Assembly: GCA_042216045.1 (NCBI GenBank)
Contig: JBDGUE010000034.1
Span: forward strand, 92-64,091
Reading direction: 5' to 3'
From: Halanaeroarchaeum sp.
GTDB taxonomy: Archaea > Halobacteriota > Halobacteria > Halobacteriales > Halobacteriaceae
DNA: 64,000 nt
The stretch's first letter is position 1; the number at the start of each line of letters is the position of its first letter. Shown here piece by piece: positions 48,381 to 58,021 of the stretch. The notes beneath the pieces are model-generated. The model was not told the origin of the DNA and ran no database searches. It saw only the letters and a list, made by a program, of their open reading frames with translations. The translations under genes and the position numbers were made by a program.

Positions 48381-49127
48381 ATGGACGTCCGAGAGGCCGA
48401 ACCAGACGACGCGGCGGCGATTCGATCGGTCGCACGGAACTCGCTTCTGTCCTCGTACACGGGGGCACTCGACGACGAGACGATCGAGGAGGCGATCGAG
48501 GAGTGGTACGGGGGCGACAGACTGATCGACCTGCTCGAGATGGAGACCGAACAGTTCCTGGTGGCCGAGGAGGCCGGGACGATCCTCGGGTTCGCCGAAC
48601 TCACCGTCTCCGACGCGACGGACGTCGGTGCGATCCAGTGGCTCCACGTCGACCCGGACGCGCGGGGCGAGGGCGTCGGGTCTGCGCTGCTCGAGGCCGC
48701 AGAGGAGTCCCTGGAGGAACGAGACGTGGCGCGCATCGAGGGGGCCGTCCTCACCACGAACGTCGAGGGAATCGCCTTCTACGAGGACCACGGGTACGTT
48801 CGCGGCGCCGACCAGGAGACGACCATCGCGGGCGACACCTACACCGAGCGGCGATACCTCCACTTCCCCGAGGACGAACCCGCCGCCCTCACGGAGGCGA
48901 CACGGACCGAAGACGGCACCTTCTACATCGCCCTCGACGAGCACGAGACGGGATCGCGCGGGGACTTCTACCTCGCGTACGCGGACGTCGAGCGGAGCGA
49001 GCGTTACGGGTACTACTGCGACAACTGCGACTCGATCGACACCTCGATGGACTCCATGGGGCGCATCATCTGCAACGACTGCGGAAACAAGCACAAGGCG
49101 AGTCGGTGGGACGCGGCCTACCTGTAG
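48381..49127 (+). CDS. GNAT acetyltransferase fused to a C-terminal Zn-ribbon domain (DUF5816-like)
   Basis: LHVDPDARGEGVGSALL, N..GIAFYEDHGY; then GYYCDNCDS...ICNDCGN. Confidence 0.85.
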   Translation: MDVREAEPDDAAAIRSVARNSLLSSYTGALDDETIEEAIEEWYGGDRLIDLLEMETEQFLVAEEAGTILGFAELTVSDATDVGAIQWLHVDPDARGEGVGSALLEAAEESLEERDVARIEGAVLTTNVEGIAFYEDHGYVRGADQETTIAGDTYTERRYLHFPEDEPAALTEATRTEDGTFYIALDEHETGSRGDFYLAYADVERSERYGYYCDNCDSIDTSMDSMGRIICNDCGNKHKASRWDAAYL

Positions 49128-49217
49128 ACGCGCGGGCGGCACAGTTCCTGCCCGCCGACGAACCGAATCGTCCGTGCCGGCCCCCAATGAATCGGTCCCG
49201 GGCGACCGGCCGGGGGG

Positions 49218-50825
49218 TCAGCCCTGGCCCACCATCCGGTCCTCCTCGTCCCAGACCTCCTCTCTGAGTTCGTACTTCTGGACCTTCCCGGTGGCCGTGG
49301 TCGGGAGTTCCTCGACGAACTCGATCTCCTTTACGGCCTTGTAGGTCGCCATGTTCTCTCTCGTGAACGCGACGAGGTCCTCGGCGGTCACGCCCGAATT
49401 CTCGGGATCGCCGGACTCGGGCACGACGAAGGCGTGTGGGACCTCGCCCCACTTCTCCGACGGAGAGGGGATGACGGCGACGTCGTTGACCGCGTCGTGC
49501 TCGAAGAGGGTGTCCTCGATCTCGATCGACGAGATGTTCTCGCCGCCGGAGATGATGATGTCCTTCTTCCGGTCCTGGATGGAGACGAACCCGTTCTCGT
49601 CGACGACCGCGAGGTCGCCCATGTGGTAGTATCCCTCCAGGCGGTCGTTGAACGCCTCCTCCGTCTGTTCCGGCTTGTTCCAGTACCCCTCCATGACCAT
49701 GTTCCCGTCGACGACGATCTCCCCGATGGTGGCGTCGTCCCAGGGGACGTCCTCGCCGTCCTCGTCGACGACCCGCACGTCCGTCCCCAGGAACGGGATC
49801 CCCTGGCGTTTCTTGAGGCTGAAGCGGTTCTCCTCGTCGAGGAACCGACGCGCGTCCGACGTCGTGATGAGCGGGCCGGTCTCGGTCGCCCCGTAGACGT
49901 GCTTGAGGCGCCACCCGAACTCCTCCTCGACCGTCCTGATCGTGGTCTCGGGCGGTGCGCTGCCCGCGGTCGCGACCCGGACCGGGTTGTCGCCCGCGGT
50001 CGCCGGATCGTGGTCGTCGTAGTAGTCCATCAGGCGGTTGAGCACTGTCGGGGCCGCGCTGAAGTACGAGACGTCCTCCTCGGCGATGGCGTCGAAGACG
50101 TACTCCGCGTCGACGCCCCTGGTGCAGACGTGTTTCGCCCCCATCCCGGTGACCGCGTAGATGTGCCCCCAGCCGTTGACGTGGAACATCGGGAGCGTCC
50201 AGAGGTAGACGTCCTCGTCGGTGAGTTCCTGATGGATGGTGATCAAATAGGCGTGAATCGTCTCGTTGCGATGGGTGCGCATCACGCCCTTCGGATCGCC
50301 CGTGGTCCCGGAGGTGTAGTTGATCGTGATGACGTCGTCCTCGTCCATCTCCGGCCGCTCGTAGTCGGTGCCGGCCGACGCGAGCACCGACTCGACGTCC
50401 TCCCAGTCGCCCTCGACCGCGTCCGGATCGTTGGTGATGAACGTCTCCGTCGGGACCGCATCGCGGACCGGTTCGATCTTCTCTGCGTACGCGTAGTCCG
50501 CGTAGATGGCGTCAACCCCGGCGTCGGACAGGATGTACTCGAAGTCCTCCGGCGTGAGGCGGTAGTTGAGCGGGGTGTGAATCGCTCCGGTCTGCATCGT
50601 CCCGTAGGCCGCCTCGAGGTGGTAGTGCGTGTTCGGGTCGAGGACCGCGACCCGATCGCCCTTCTCGATCCCGCGAGCCTGGAGGGCCGCGGAGAATCGA
50701 TCGGCCCGCTCCGCGAGGTCCCCGTACGTGAACCGCTCGCCCGTCGTCGCCACGACGGCCTCGTGGTCGGCGTAGTACTCCCTGGCCCTGTCGAGGAAGT
50801 CGGTCACCAGCAGTGGTTTGTTCAT
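49218..50825 (-). CDS. AMP-forming fatty-acid--CoA ligase
   Basis: YTSGTTGDPKGV, LPMFHVNGW, YGATET, YHMGD, DRKKDIIISGGENI, PTTATGKVQK. Confidence 0.93.
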   Translation of the reverse strand: MNKPLLVTDFLDRAREYYADHEAVVATTGERFTYGDLAERADRFSAALQARGIEKGDRVAVLDPNTHYHLEAAYGTMQTGAIHTPLNYRLTPEDFEYILSDAGVDAIYADYAYAEKIEPVRDAVPTETFITNDPDAVEGDWEDVESVLASAGTDYERPEMDEDDVITINYTSGTTGDPKGVMRTHRNETIHAYLITIHQELTDEDVYLWTLPMFHVNGWGHIYAVTGMGAKHVCTRGVDAEYVFDAIAEEDVSYFSAAPTVLNRLMDYYDDHDPATAGDNPVRVATAGSAPPETTIRTVEEEFGWRLKHVYGATETGPLITTSDARRFLDEENRFSLKKRQGIPFLGTDVRVVDEDGEDVPWDDATIGEIVVDGNMVMEGYWNKPEQTEEAFNDRLEGYYHMGDLAVVDENGFVSIQDRKKDIIISGGENISSIEIEDTLFEHDAVNDVAVIPSPSEKWGEVPHAFVVPESGDPENSGVTAEDLVAFTRENMATYKAVKEIEFVEELPTTATGKVQKYELREEVWDEEDRMVGQG

Positions 50826-50986
50826 GGCCGGGTGAATCTACCACATAGATTTAAATAATAATTATTGTTCCCGCAGGATCGTCGGTGCCGGGATCGCAAC
50901 CTCCCCGGCGGTCGTCGGCCGGAGAGACGGCTCCTGAGATCCGTGATCCCGGTGACGAGGTGACTCCAGGGCCCGCGAGTCGACGA

Positions 50987-52696
50987 TCAGGCGACGCCGA
51001 GGGTCTCCTGGTACTCGCCGTACTCCTCCTCGAAGACGCCCATGATCTCGCCCATCGTCGCGTAGGCCTTCACGGCGTCGACGATGGACGGGATGGTGTT
51101 CTCGTCGGCCTGGATCGCCGCACGGAGGTCCTCGAGTGCCGACTCGACCACCGCGTCGTCGCGCTCGTCCTTGACTCGCTCGAGCCGATCGAGTTGGCGG
51201 TCGCGGGTCGCCTCCTCGTCGATCTGGAGGAGTTCGACGTCCTCCTCTTCGTCCTCGTCGAGGGTGTAGTCGTTGACGCCGACCACGGTCTCCTCGCCGT
51301 CGTCGACGCGGTTCTGGTACTCGTAGGCGGACTCCTGGATCTCGCGCTGGAAGTACCCCTGCTCGATGCCGGCCAGGACGCCGTCCCGAACGGAGCCATC
51401 GCCCATCTCTCGCACCTCCTCGATGTACGCCATCGCCTTCTCTTCGACCTCGTCAGTGAGCGACTCCACGGCGAAGGACCCCCCAAGGGGGTCGACGACG
51501 TCGGCGACGCCGGACTCCTCGGCGATGATCTGTTGGGTGCGAAGTGCGACCCGAACCGCCCGCTCGGACGGGAGGGCGTGTGCCTCGTCGTAGCTGTTGG
51601 TGTGGAGGCTCTGGGTGCCACCCAACACGGCCGCGAGCGCCTGGATCGTGACCCGGACGACGTTGTTGAGTGGCTGCTGGGCGGTGAGGGACTGGCCGGC
51701 CGTCTGGGTGTGGAACTTGAGGCGCTTCGACTCCGCCTTCTCCGCGTCGTACCACTCCTCCATGACCCGTGCGTAGATGCGGCGGGCCGCCCGGAACTTC
51801 GCGACCTCCTCGAGGAGCGAGTTGTGAGAGTTGAAGAAAAAGGAGAGTTGGGGCGCGAAGTCGTCGACGTCGAGGCCGCGGTCCATGGCGTCCTCCACGT
51901 AGGCGAAGCCGTCGGCGAGCGTGAACGCGAGTTCCTGGATCGCCGTCGATCCGGCCTCGCGGATGTGGTACCCCGAGATGGAGATGGGGTGGAACTTCGG
52001 AGTCTCCGCCGCGGTGAACTCGACGATGTCGGTGACCAGATCGAGGGAGGGCTCCGGTGGGACGACCCACTCCTTCTGGGCGATGAACTCCTTGAGCATG
52101 TCGTTCTGGAGGGTGCCCCGAATCTCGTCGCGGGGGACCCCCTTCTGGTCGGCCAGGGCGACGTACATCGCGAAGATGACCGCGGCCGAGGGGTTGATCG
52201 TAAAGGAGGTCGAGACCTCGCCAAGGTCGATCCCGTCGAAGAGGATCTCCATGTCCGCGAGGGTGTCGACCGCGACGCCCTCCTTGCCGACCTCTCCGAG
52301 GGACATCGGATCGTCGGAGTCGATTCCCATGAGCGAGGGCATGTCGAAGGCCGTCGAGAGCCCCGTCTGGCCCTCGTCGATCAGGTAGTGGAAGCGCTCG
52401 TTGGTCTCCTCTGCGGTGCCGAAACCGGCGAACTGTCGCATCGTCCAGGGCCGACCGCGATACATCGTGGGATAGACCCCTCGGGTGAAGGGTTCCTCGC
52501 CCGGGAATCCCAGGTCCTCGTCGTACTCGAGGTCGGCGACGTCCGCGGGCGTGTAGAGTCGGTCGACCTCCAGATTCGAGACCGTGGCGAACCGATCGGC
52601 GCGTTCGCCGTGGGCGTCGAGGAAGGGGTCGAGGGTCTCGGACTCCCAGTCCGCTCTCGCGTCGCGTATCTCCTCGAGGTCGTCCTCGTCGAACAT
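50987..52696 (-). CDS. B12-dependent acyl-CoA mutase large subunit (methylmalonyl-CoA mutase family; isobutyryl-CoA mutase-like residues)
   Basis: PFTRGVYPTMYRGRPWTMRQFAGFG, GTLQNDMLKEFIAQKEW, SISGYHIREAG, QSLHTN. Confidence 0.93.
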   Translation of the reverse strand: MFDEDDLEEIRDARADWESETLDPFLDAHGERADRFATVSNLEVDRLYTPADVADLEYDEDLGFPGEEPFTRGVYPTMYRGRPWTMRQFAGFGTAEETNERFHYLIDEGQTGLSTAFDMPSLMGIDSDDPMSLGEVGKEGVAVDTLADMEILFDGIDLGEVSTSFTINPSAAVIFAMYVALADQKGVPRDEIRGTLQNDMLKEFIAQKEWVVPPEPSLDLVTDIVEFTAAETPKFHPISISGYHIREAGSTAIQELAFTLADGFAYVEDAMDRGLDVDDFAPQLSFFFNSHNSLLEEVAKFRAARRIYARVMEEWYDAEKAESKRLKFHTQTAGQSLTAQQPLNNVVRVTIQALAAVLGGTQSLHTNSYDEAHALPSERAVRVALRTQQIIAEESGVADVVDPLGGSFAVESLTDEVEEKAMAYIEEVREMGDGSVRDGVLAGIEQGYFQREIQESAYEYQNRVDDGEETVVGVNDYTLDEDEEEDVELLQIDEEATRDRQLDRLERVKDERDDAVVESALEDLRAAIQADENTIPSIVDAVKAYATMGEIMGVFEEEYGEYQETLGVA

Positions 52697-52763
52697 GATA
52701 TCGATATTCCGTCCGACAATTAATGAAGGTTCGTATCCCCGGCGGGCGGCCCCTCTCGATCGC

Positions 52764-53570
52764 TCACTCGTTCAATCGATCGATCTTCTCGACCAGCGGG
52801 TGGCGGGCGTAGTCGACGACCGAGACGTCCGCGAGCGAGGAGAGACCCTCCTGTTGGGCGGTGCGTGCCATCCCGAGGTCGACGCGCGTGTCCAGTGCGA
52901 TGACGTAGGCGTCCATCTCATCGATGTCCTCCTGGCGGGCGGCCATCACGCGATGGTGTCCGTCGGCGAGGAGGAGTTGTCCGGCGTTGTCGATGACGAC
53001 CAGCGGTTCGGCGAGACCGCGCTCGAGTTCGTACCGCCGCCCCTCGAGTTCGTCGGCGTACACCTTCCCCTGGGTCGGGATCAACTCCGCGAGGGGCACC
53101 GTCCGCCGCTCCTCACGGGCCTCGATGCCGTGGATCGATTCGAGGGTCCGCTTGAGTTTGCCCACCTTCTCGGGCGTGGCCCGCTCGATCTGACTGCGGA
53201 TGACGTCGGCGTTCGAGATGATGCCCACCAGGTTTCCCGCGTCGTCGACCACCGGGAGCTTCTGGATGCCCGATCGCAGGATGACGCGGGCGGCGTCGGT
53301 GATCTTCATGTCCGGGTGGGCCACGATCAACTCCTCGCTCATGACCTTGAAGATCGGTTCCTCGGGATCCTCGAGGAGGAGGTCGCGTGCGCTCACGAAC
53401 CCCTGGACGCGTCGCCCCTCGGTCACCGGAAACCCGTTGTGATCGTCGCTCTCGACGATTCGCTCGGCGACCTCGCGCACGGAGAGCGAGGGGGGAACCG
53501 TCGAGACGTCCCGGGTCATGTACTCGCTGACCCGCGGCTTTCCCCCCTCTGACTCGAAGGCCTGATCCAT
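52764..53570 (-). CDS. CBS-pair + ParB/Srx-like domain protein
   Basis: Two CBS domains (YMTRDV..HNGFPV; VMSEEL..KLPVVD..GIIS) followed by L.PTQ..VY..EL, EPLVVI, LADGHHR. Confidence 0.88.
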   Translation of the reverse strand: MDQAFESEGGKPRVSEYMTRDVSTVPPSLSVREVAERIVESDDHNGFPVTEGRRVQGFVSARDLLLEDPEEPIFKVMSEELIVAHPDMKITDAARVILRSGIQKLPVVDDAGNLVGIISNADVIRSQIERATPEKVGKLKRTLESIHGIEAREERRTVPLAELIPTQGKVYADELEGRRYELERGLAEPLVVIDNAGQLLLADGHHRVMAARQEDIDEMDAYVIALDTRVDLGMARTAQQEGLSSLADVSVVDYARHPLVEKIDRLNE

Positions 53571-53602
53571 CGACGAGGGGTAGGGCGGGCCCGGTCAAAA
53601 GT

Positions 53603-55015
53603 TCACTCCTCGAGGAGCGCCGCGACCGCGTCGACGAATCGCGGTGAGACGACCCCCTCGACCATCTCCGTGAGGTCCGCCTCGTCGTCGACCTCCTCGA
53701 AGACCCCGAGTGAGAGTTGGGCCCCGGCCATGTCGGCGTGCCCGCCGGCACTCCCCATGTCGCCGAAGGTCTCCCTGAGGATCTCGCCGAGGTCGACGGG
53801 GACCCCGCGTGACCGCGCGGAGAGGTAGACCGTCCCGTCGCTGTGCCCGTAGACGAGGGTCACGTGGACCCCCTCCAGGGCGAGGAGCCGATCTGCCGCC
53901 TGGGCGAGGGCGTCGCGGTCGCCGATCGGGCCCACGCAACTGGTGAGAATCTGATCGGTCCGTTCGCGATTGCGGATGGCCCGGGCGATGGTCTCCATCG
54001 TCTCGGGGTCGATGGAGGGCTCCTCGATGCGTTCGAGGACGTCGAGGTCGACGAACGGCATGAGGGCTGCGGCGGCCTCGAAGTCGGCCCGGGTCACCCC
54101 GCGCGTGAAGTCGTCGGTGTCGACGCGGATGCCGTACAACAGCGCCGTCGCCACGACCTCGTCGACGTCGACGTGGTAGGCCCGGATGTACTCGACGAGC
54201 AGAGTGCTCGTCGCCCCGACCGCGTCGCGAACGTCGACGTAGGACGCGTCGACCGCGGCCGCCGTCGAGTGGTGGTCGACGACGAGCGTGATCGGCGCGT
54301 CCGGCGGGAGGTGATCGTTGACGCCGGGACTCGAATGGTCGACCAGCGCGATGGCACTCGCGTCGACGGCCTCCCCCGGTTCCAGGTTCTCCAGGTCGAG
54401 GCCCAGGAGGTTCACGAAGGCCCGATTCTCCTGGTGGGAGATGCGACCGTAGTAGACCGGTCGCGCGTCGACGCCGTGCCACCCGGCGATCCGCTCGAGG
54501 GCGACGGCGGCGGCGATCGCGTCGGGATCGGGGTTGTCGTGCATGACGATCGCGAGGTCGTCCTCGACGGCCGAGAGGGTGCGCCGAAGGGCCCCCAGAC
54601 GGCCCACGCTCTCCCCACCGATGAAGTCCGCCAGGTGGTCCACGATCGCCCGTCCGGGATCGAAGACCTCGTCCGCGACCGCCTCGAGCGTCCCGCGATC
54701 CCGTCGATCGACGTCGGGCGGGAGAAATCCGATGGCGTACCGGTCGCCGAAGACCGACTGGGCCGTCTCGATGGCGGTCCGGGAGGTCGAGACCACCCCG
54801 CAGGCGGCGACGACGACGTCGGGTGACGCGTCGATCGACGAGAGCACCTGGCGGTCGGTCACGTCACCGACCGTCGCGTCGATGCCGGCGTTACGCAACT
54901 GCTCGACGTAGGCCTCCTCGGGGTCGACGACCTGCAGGTCCCCGGCCCCGCCTGCGAGCGTCTCGACGAGGTCGTGATCCAACCCGTCGTGACCGAGCAG
55001 TAGCCAGGAGACCAT
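53603..55015 (-). CDS. DHH/DHHA1 phosphoesterase with N-terminal RCK(TrkA_N)-like domain
   Basis: GDVTDRQVL N-terminal region; HDNPDPDAIA, VDHS, VDHH, GATST, DT, SARS, AGGH. Confidence 0.9.
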   Translation of the reverse strand: MVSWLLLGHDGLDHDLVETLAGGAGDLQVVDPEEAYVEQLRNAGIDATVGDVTDRQVLSSIDASPDVVVAACGVVSTSRTAIETAQSVFGDRYAIGFLPPDVDRRDRGTLEAVADEVFDPGRAIVDHLADFIGGESVGRLGALRRTLSAVEDDLAIVMHDNPDPDAIAAAVALERIAGWHGVDARPVYYGRISHQENRAFVNLLGLDLENLEPGEAVDASAIALVDHSSPGVNDHLPPDAPITLVVDHHSTAAAVDASYVDVRDAVGATSTLLVEYIRAYHVDVDEVVATALLYGIRVDTDDFTRGVTRADFEAAAALMPFVDLDVLERIEEPSIDPETMETIARAIRNRERTDQILTSCVGPIGDRDALAQAADRLLALEGVHVTLVYGHSDGTVYLSARSRGVPVDLGEILRETFGDMGSAGGHADMAGAQLSLGVFEEVDDEADLTEMVEGVVSPRFVDAVAALLEE

Positions 55016-55021
55016 TGGGGG

Positions 55022-56497
55022 CTACGCGAGCAGCGTCGCCGCCGCGTTCGTGGCCCACTGCGCCACGGGATCGAAGGCGAACAGCAGCCCCACCGTCGCG
55101 ACGGCCGCGGCGACCACCGCCACGTAGAGGGCGGTGGGCGTCCGCTCGATCGCGAGGTCCTCCGCCGGTTCCTCGATCCAGATGGACTTGACGACGCGCG
55201 CGTAGTAGTAAAGCGACAGTGCGCTGTTCACGGCCGCGATCGCCGCCAGCCACCAGAAGCCGGCCTCGATCGCTCCGGCGAACAGGAAGTACTTCGACAG
55301 GAAGCCGGCGCCGACCGGCAGGCCGGCGAGGCTGAACATGAACACCGTCATCGCCACGGAGGCGACCGGCGCCTTGCGGGCGAGTCCGTTGTAGTCCTCG
55401 AAGGTTCGCCCCACGTCCCAGTACTCGGCCAGCGCGACGAACAGGAACGCGCCGGTGTTCATGAACCCGTAGACCAGGAGGTGCATCATCGCAGCCCCGA
55501 GCACCAGAGACCCGCCGCCCTGCCCGCCGAGGGCGCCCAGACCGATGAGGACGTAGCCCGCGTGACCGACGGAGGAGTACGCGAGCATCCGCTTGACGTT
55601 CTCCTGGACCGCCGCGGCGAAGTTCCCGAGCGTCATCGTCACCACGGCGAGGACGACGAACAGCCCCGTCCAGGGGACCGTCGCGGCGACGTCCGCGAGC
55701 GGGAACGCCTCTATGAACACCCGGAAGCCCAGCGCGAAGCCGGCGGCCTTGGACGCCGAGGAGACGAACCCGCTGATCGGGGCGGGCGCGCCCTCGTAGG
55801 CCTCCGGCGCCCAGAAGTGGAACGGGACGGCGGCCATCTTGAACAGCACGCCGCCGGCCACCATGAGGACGCCCAGGCCGAGGACGCCCTCGGTGCCGCT
55901 CGCGGCTCCGAGCGCCTCGGCGACGGCGTCGAACTGGAGGGCGCCAGTCGCCCCGTAGACGAGGCTGATGCCGTAGGCCATGATCGCCGAGGAGAGCGCA
56001 CCGACGAGGAAGTACTTGAGCGCCGCCTCCACGCTCCCGCGATTCGTCTTGAGGTAGGCCACCAGGCCGTAGGACGGCAGGGAGGCCAACTCGAGGCTGA
56101 CGAAGGCCGTCGCGAAGCTATTGGAGACGGCCATCAGCGCCATCCCGAGAGCCGCGAGCGAGACGAGCGCGTAGTACTCCCCGAGGTGGGGTTGGCCACG
56201 GACGTAATCGGAACTCGCGAGCACGACGAGGCTCGCGACGCTGCCGACGATGAGCGTGAAGAACATGCTCATCTGGTCGACGACGAGGGCCCCACCGAAC
56301 GTCTGGAAGGGCTCCGTCACCGTCCCGGCGGCGAGCGCCCACGCGCTCGTCCCCGCCGTGAGCAGGGTCCCGAGGAGCGCGATGGCCGCGAGCGCCTCGT
56401 TCCGTCGAGTCTCCGGTGCGAGCGTGTCGTAGCCCAACAGCACCAGCGCGGTGATCCCGAGCAGGTACTGTGGCGTCAGCGCTGGCAAGGCGTACAT
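55022..56497 (-). CDS. nuoN: NADH-quinone oxidoreductase-like subunit N
   Basis: LELASL, EAALKYF, FKMAAVPFHFWAPEAYEGAP, KRMLAYSS, SLAGLP. Confidence 0.95.
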   Translation of the reverse strand: MYALPALTPQYLLGITALVLLGYDTLAPETRRNEALAAIALLGTLLTAGTSAWALAAGTVTEPFQTFGGALVVDQMSMFFTLIVGSVASLVVLASSDYVRGQPHLGEYYALVSLAALGMALMAVSNSFATAFVSLELASLPSYGLVAYLKTNRGSVEAALKYFLVGALSSAIMAYGISLVYGATGALQFDAVAEALGAASGTEGVLGLGVLMVAGGVLFKMAAVPFHFWAPEAYEGAPAPISGFVSSASKAAGFALGFRVFIEAFPLADVAATVPWTGLFVVLAVVTMTLGNFAAAVQENVKRMLAYSSVGHAGYVLIGLGALGGQGGGSLVLGAAMMHLLVYGFMNTGAFLFVALAEYWDVGRTFEDYNGLARKAPVASVAMTVFMFSLAGLPVGAGFLSKYFLFAGAIEAGFWWLAAIAAVNSALSLYYYARVVKSIWIEEPAEDLAIERTPTALYVAVVAAAVATVGLLFAFDPVAQWATNAAATLLA

Positions 56498-58021
56498 CTA
56501 CAGACCACCTCCCGTCTCCAGGATCGGACCGATGGCCTCCTGAATCATCCCGTAGAAGATGTCCGGCGCGGTGCCGAGCAGGACGACCAGGAGGATGAGC
56601 ACGACGATGGCCGCCCTGTCGTGGAGGGCCGCCGGGACGACGTCGTACTCGGTGTCGGCCCTGAACGGGCCGAAGAGCACCCGCTGCATCGCGAACAGCA
56701 GGTAGCCGGCGACGATGACGATGCCGAACATCGCGACGGCAGTGAACAGCACTGCCCCCGGCAGGACCGTCGACTGCATCCCGCCGAGGAAGATGAACAG
56801 TTCACCCGCGAATCCGGCCATCAGCGGGAGGCCCATATAGCCGAAGGCCGCCGCGACGAAGACGGCGCTCGTGACCGGCATCCGGTCGGCGATGCCGGAG
56901 AGGTCGCCCACCATCCGCGTGTGGGCGACGTTGTAGATCACGCCGACGCTCATGAACATCAGCCCGGAGATGAGGCCGTGAGCGACCATCTGGAAGGTCG
57001 CGCCGGCCACGCCGTACATGTTCCATGCCACCAGACCGAGGATGACGTACCCCATCGAGGAGATGGAGGAGTACGCCACGATGCGCTTGAGGTCGCGCTG
57101 TGCCAGGGCCAACATCGCGCCGTAGATGACGCTGATGACCGCGAAGACGGCGATCGGCACGGCGAGACGGTGGGCCACCTCCGGGAGCATCGTGAAGTTG
57201 AACCGGAGCAGCGCGTAGGTGCCCATCTTCAGGAGGACGCCAGCCAGGATCACCGACACGGGGGTCGGTGCCTCGACGTGGGCGTCCGGCAGCCACGTGT
57301 GGAAGGGCACCATCGGGACCTTGACCGCGAAGCCGGCGAACATGGCGACGAAGGCCACCACCTTCAGCGTCTGGGGGCCGATTCCGGCCAGACTGCCGAC
57401 CTGGCCCGCGCGGATCGCCTGGGCGATGGTCGGCATGTCGAACGTCGAGACGCCCGTCGCGAACACCAGCGCAACGAACCCGATGAACATCACCAGACTC
57501 GCCACGTTGGTGTACACGAAGAACTTGATCGCCGCGTACTTCCGGCGCGGACCGCCCCAGATGGCGATCAGGAAGTACATCGGCACCAGGACGAACTCCC
57601 AGAAGACGAACCAGACGAAGAAGTCGAGCGTCGTGAAGACGCCGACGAGGCTCGCCTCCATGAAGAGCATCAGCCCGTAGAACTGGGACCGACGCTCGTC
57701 GATGGGCGTCCAGGCACTCAGGATGGCGAGCGAGACGAGGACGGTGGTCAGCGTGACCAGCGCCATGCTGACCCCGTCCATGCCCACGTGCCAGTTGAGC
57801 TGGTACTGTCCGAGCGTAATCCAGGGGATCTTCTCCTCGAAGGCGATCGAGCCACCCAGGAGGGCGTTCCCCGTGGCCTCGAAGGTGCGATACATCCAGA
57901 GGCTCCCGACCAGCGGGAGCAGGCTCCACGCGAAGGACAGCTTCGCCGCCCAGCGTTCGGGCGCGAGCAGGACCGCCACCGCGCCGAGCACGGTCACCGC
58001 GATGAGTGCTTCGATCATCAT
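56498..58021 (-). CDS. nuoM: NADH-quinone oxidoreductase-like subunit M
   Basis: FWEFVLVPMY, AAIKFFVYT, PFHTWLPDAHVEAP, LKMGTY, DLKRIVAYSS. Confidence 0.95.
   Translation of the reverse strand: MMIEALIAVTVLGAVAVLLAPERWAAKLSFAWSLLPLVGSLWMYRTFEATGNALLGGSIAFEEKIPWITLGQYQLNWHVGMDGVSMALVTLTTVLVSLAILSAWTPIDERRSQFYGLMLFMEASLVGVFTTLDFFVWFVFWEFVLVPMYFLIAIWGGPRRKYAAIKFFVYTNVASLVMFIGFVALVFATGVSTFDMPTIAQAIRAGQVGSLAGIGPQTLKVVAFVAMFAGFAVKVPMVPFHTWLPDAHVEAPTPVSVILAGVLLKMGTYALLRFNFTMLPEVAHRLAVPIAVFAVISVIYGAMLALAQRDLKRIVAYSSISSMGYVILGLVAWNMYGVAGATFQMVAHGLISGLMFMSVGVIYNVAHTRMVGDLSGIADRMPVTSAVFVAAAFGYMGLPLMAGFAGELFIFLGGMQSTVLPGAVLFTAVAMFGIVIVAGYLLFAMQRVLFGPFRADTEYDVVPAALHDRAAIVVLILLVVLLGTAPDIFYGMIQEAIGPILETGGGL

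Noticed and set aside
52764-53570. Plasmid or chromosome partition locus
   Set aside because: No parA, no HTH and no parS-like repeats; the ParB-like domain is fused to CBS domains
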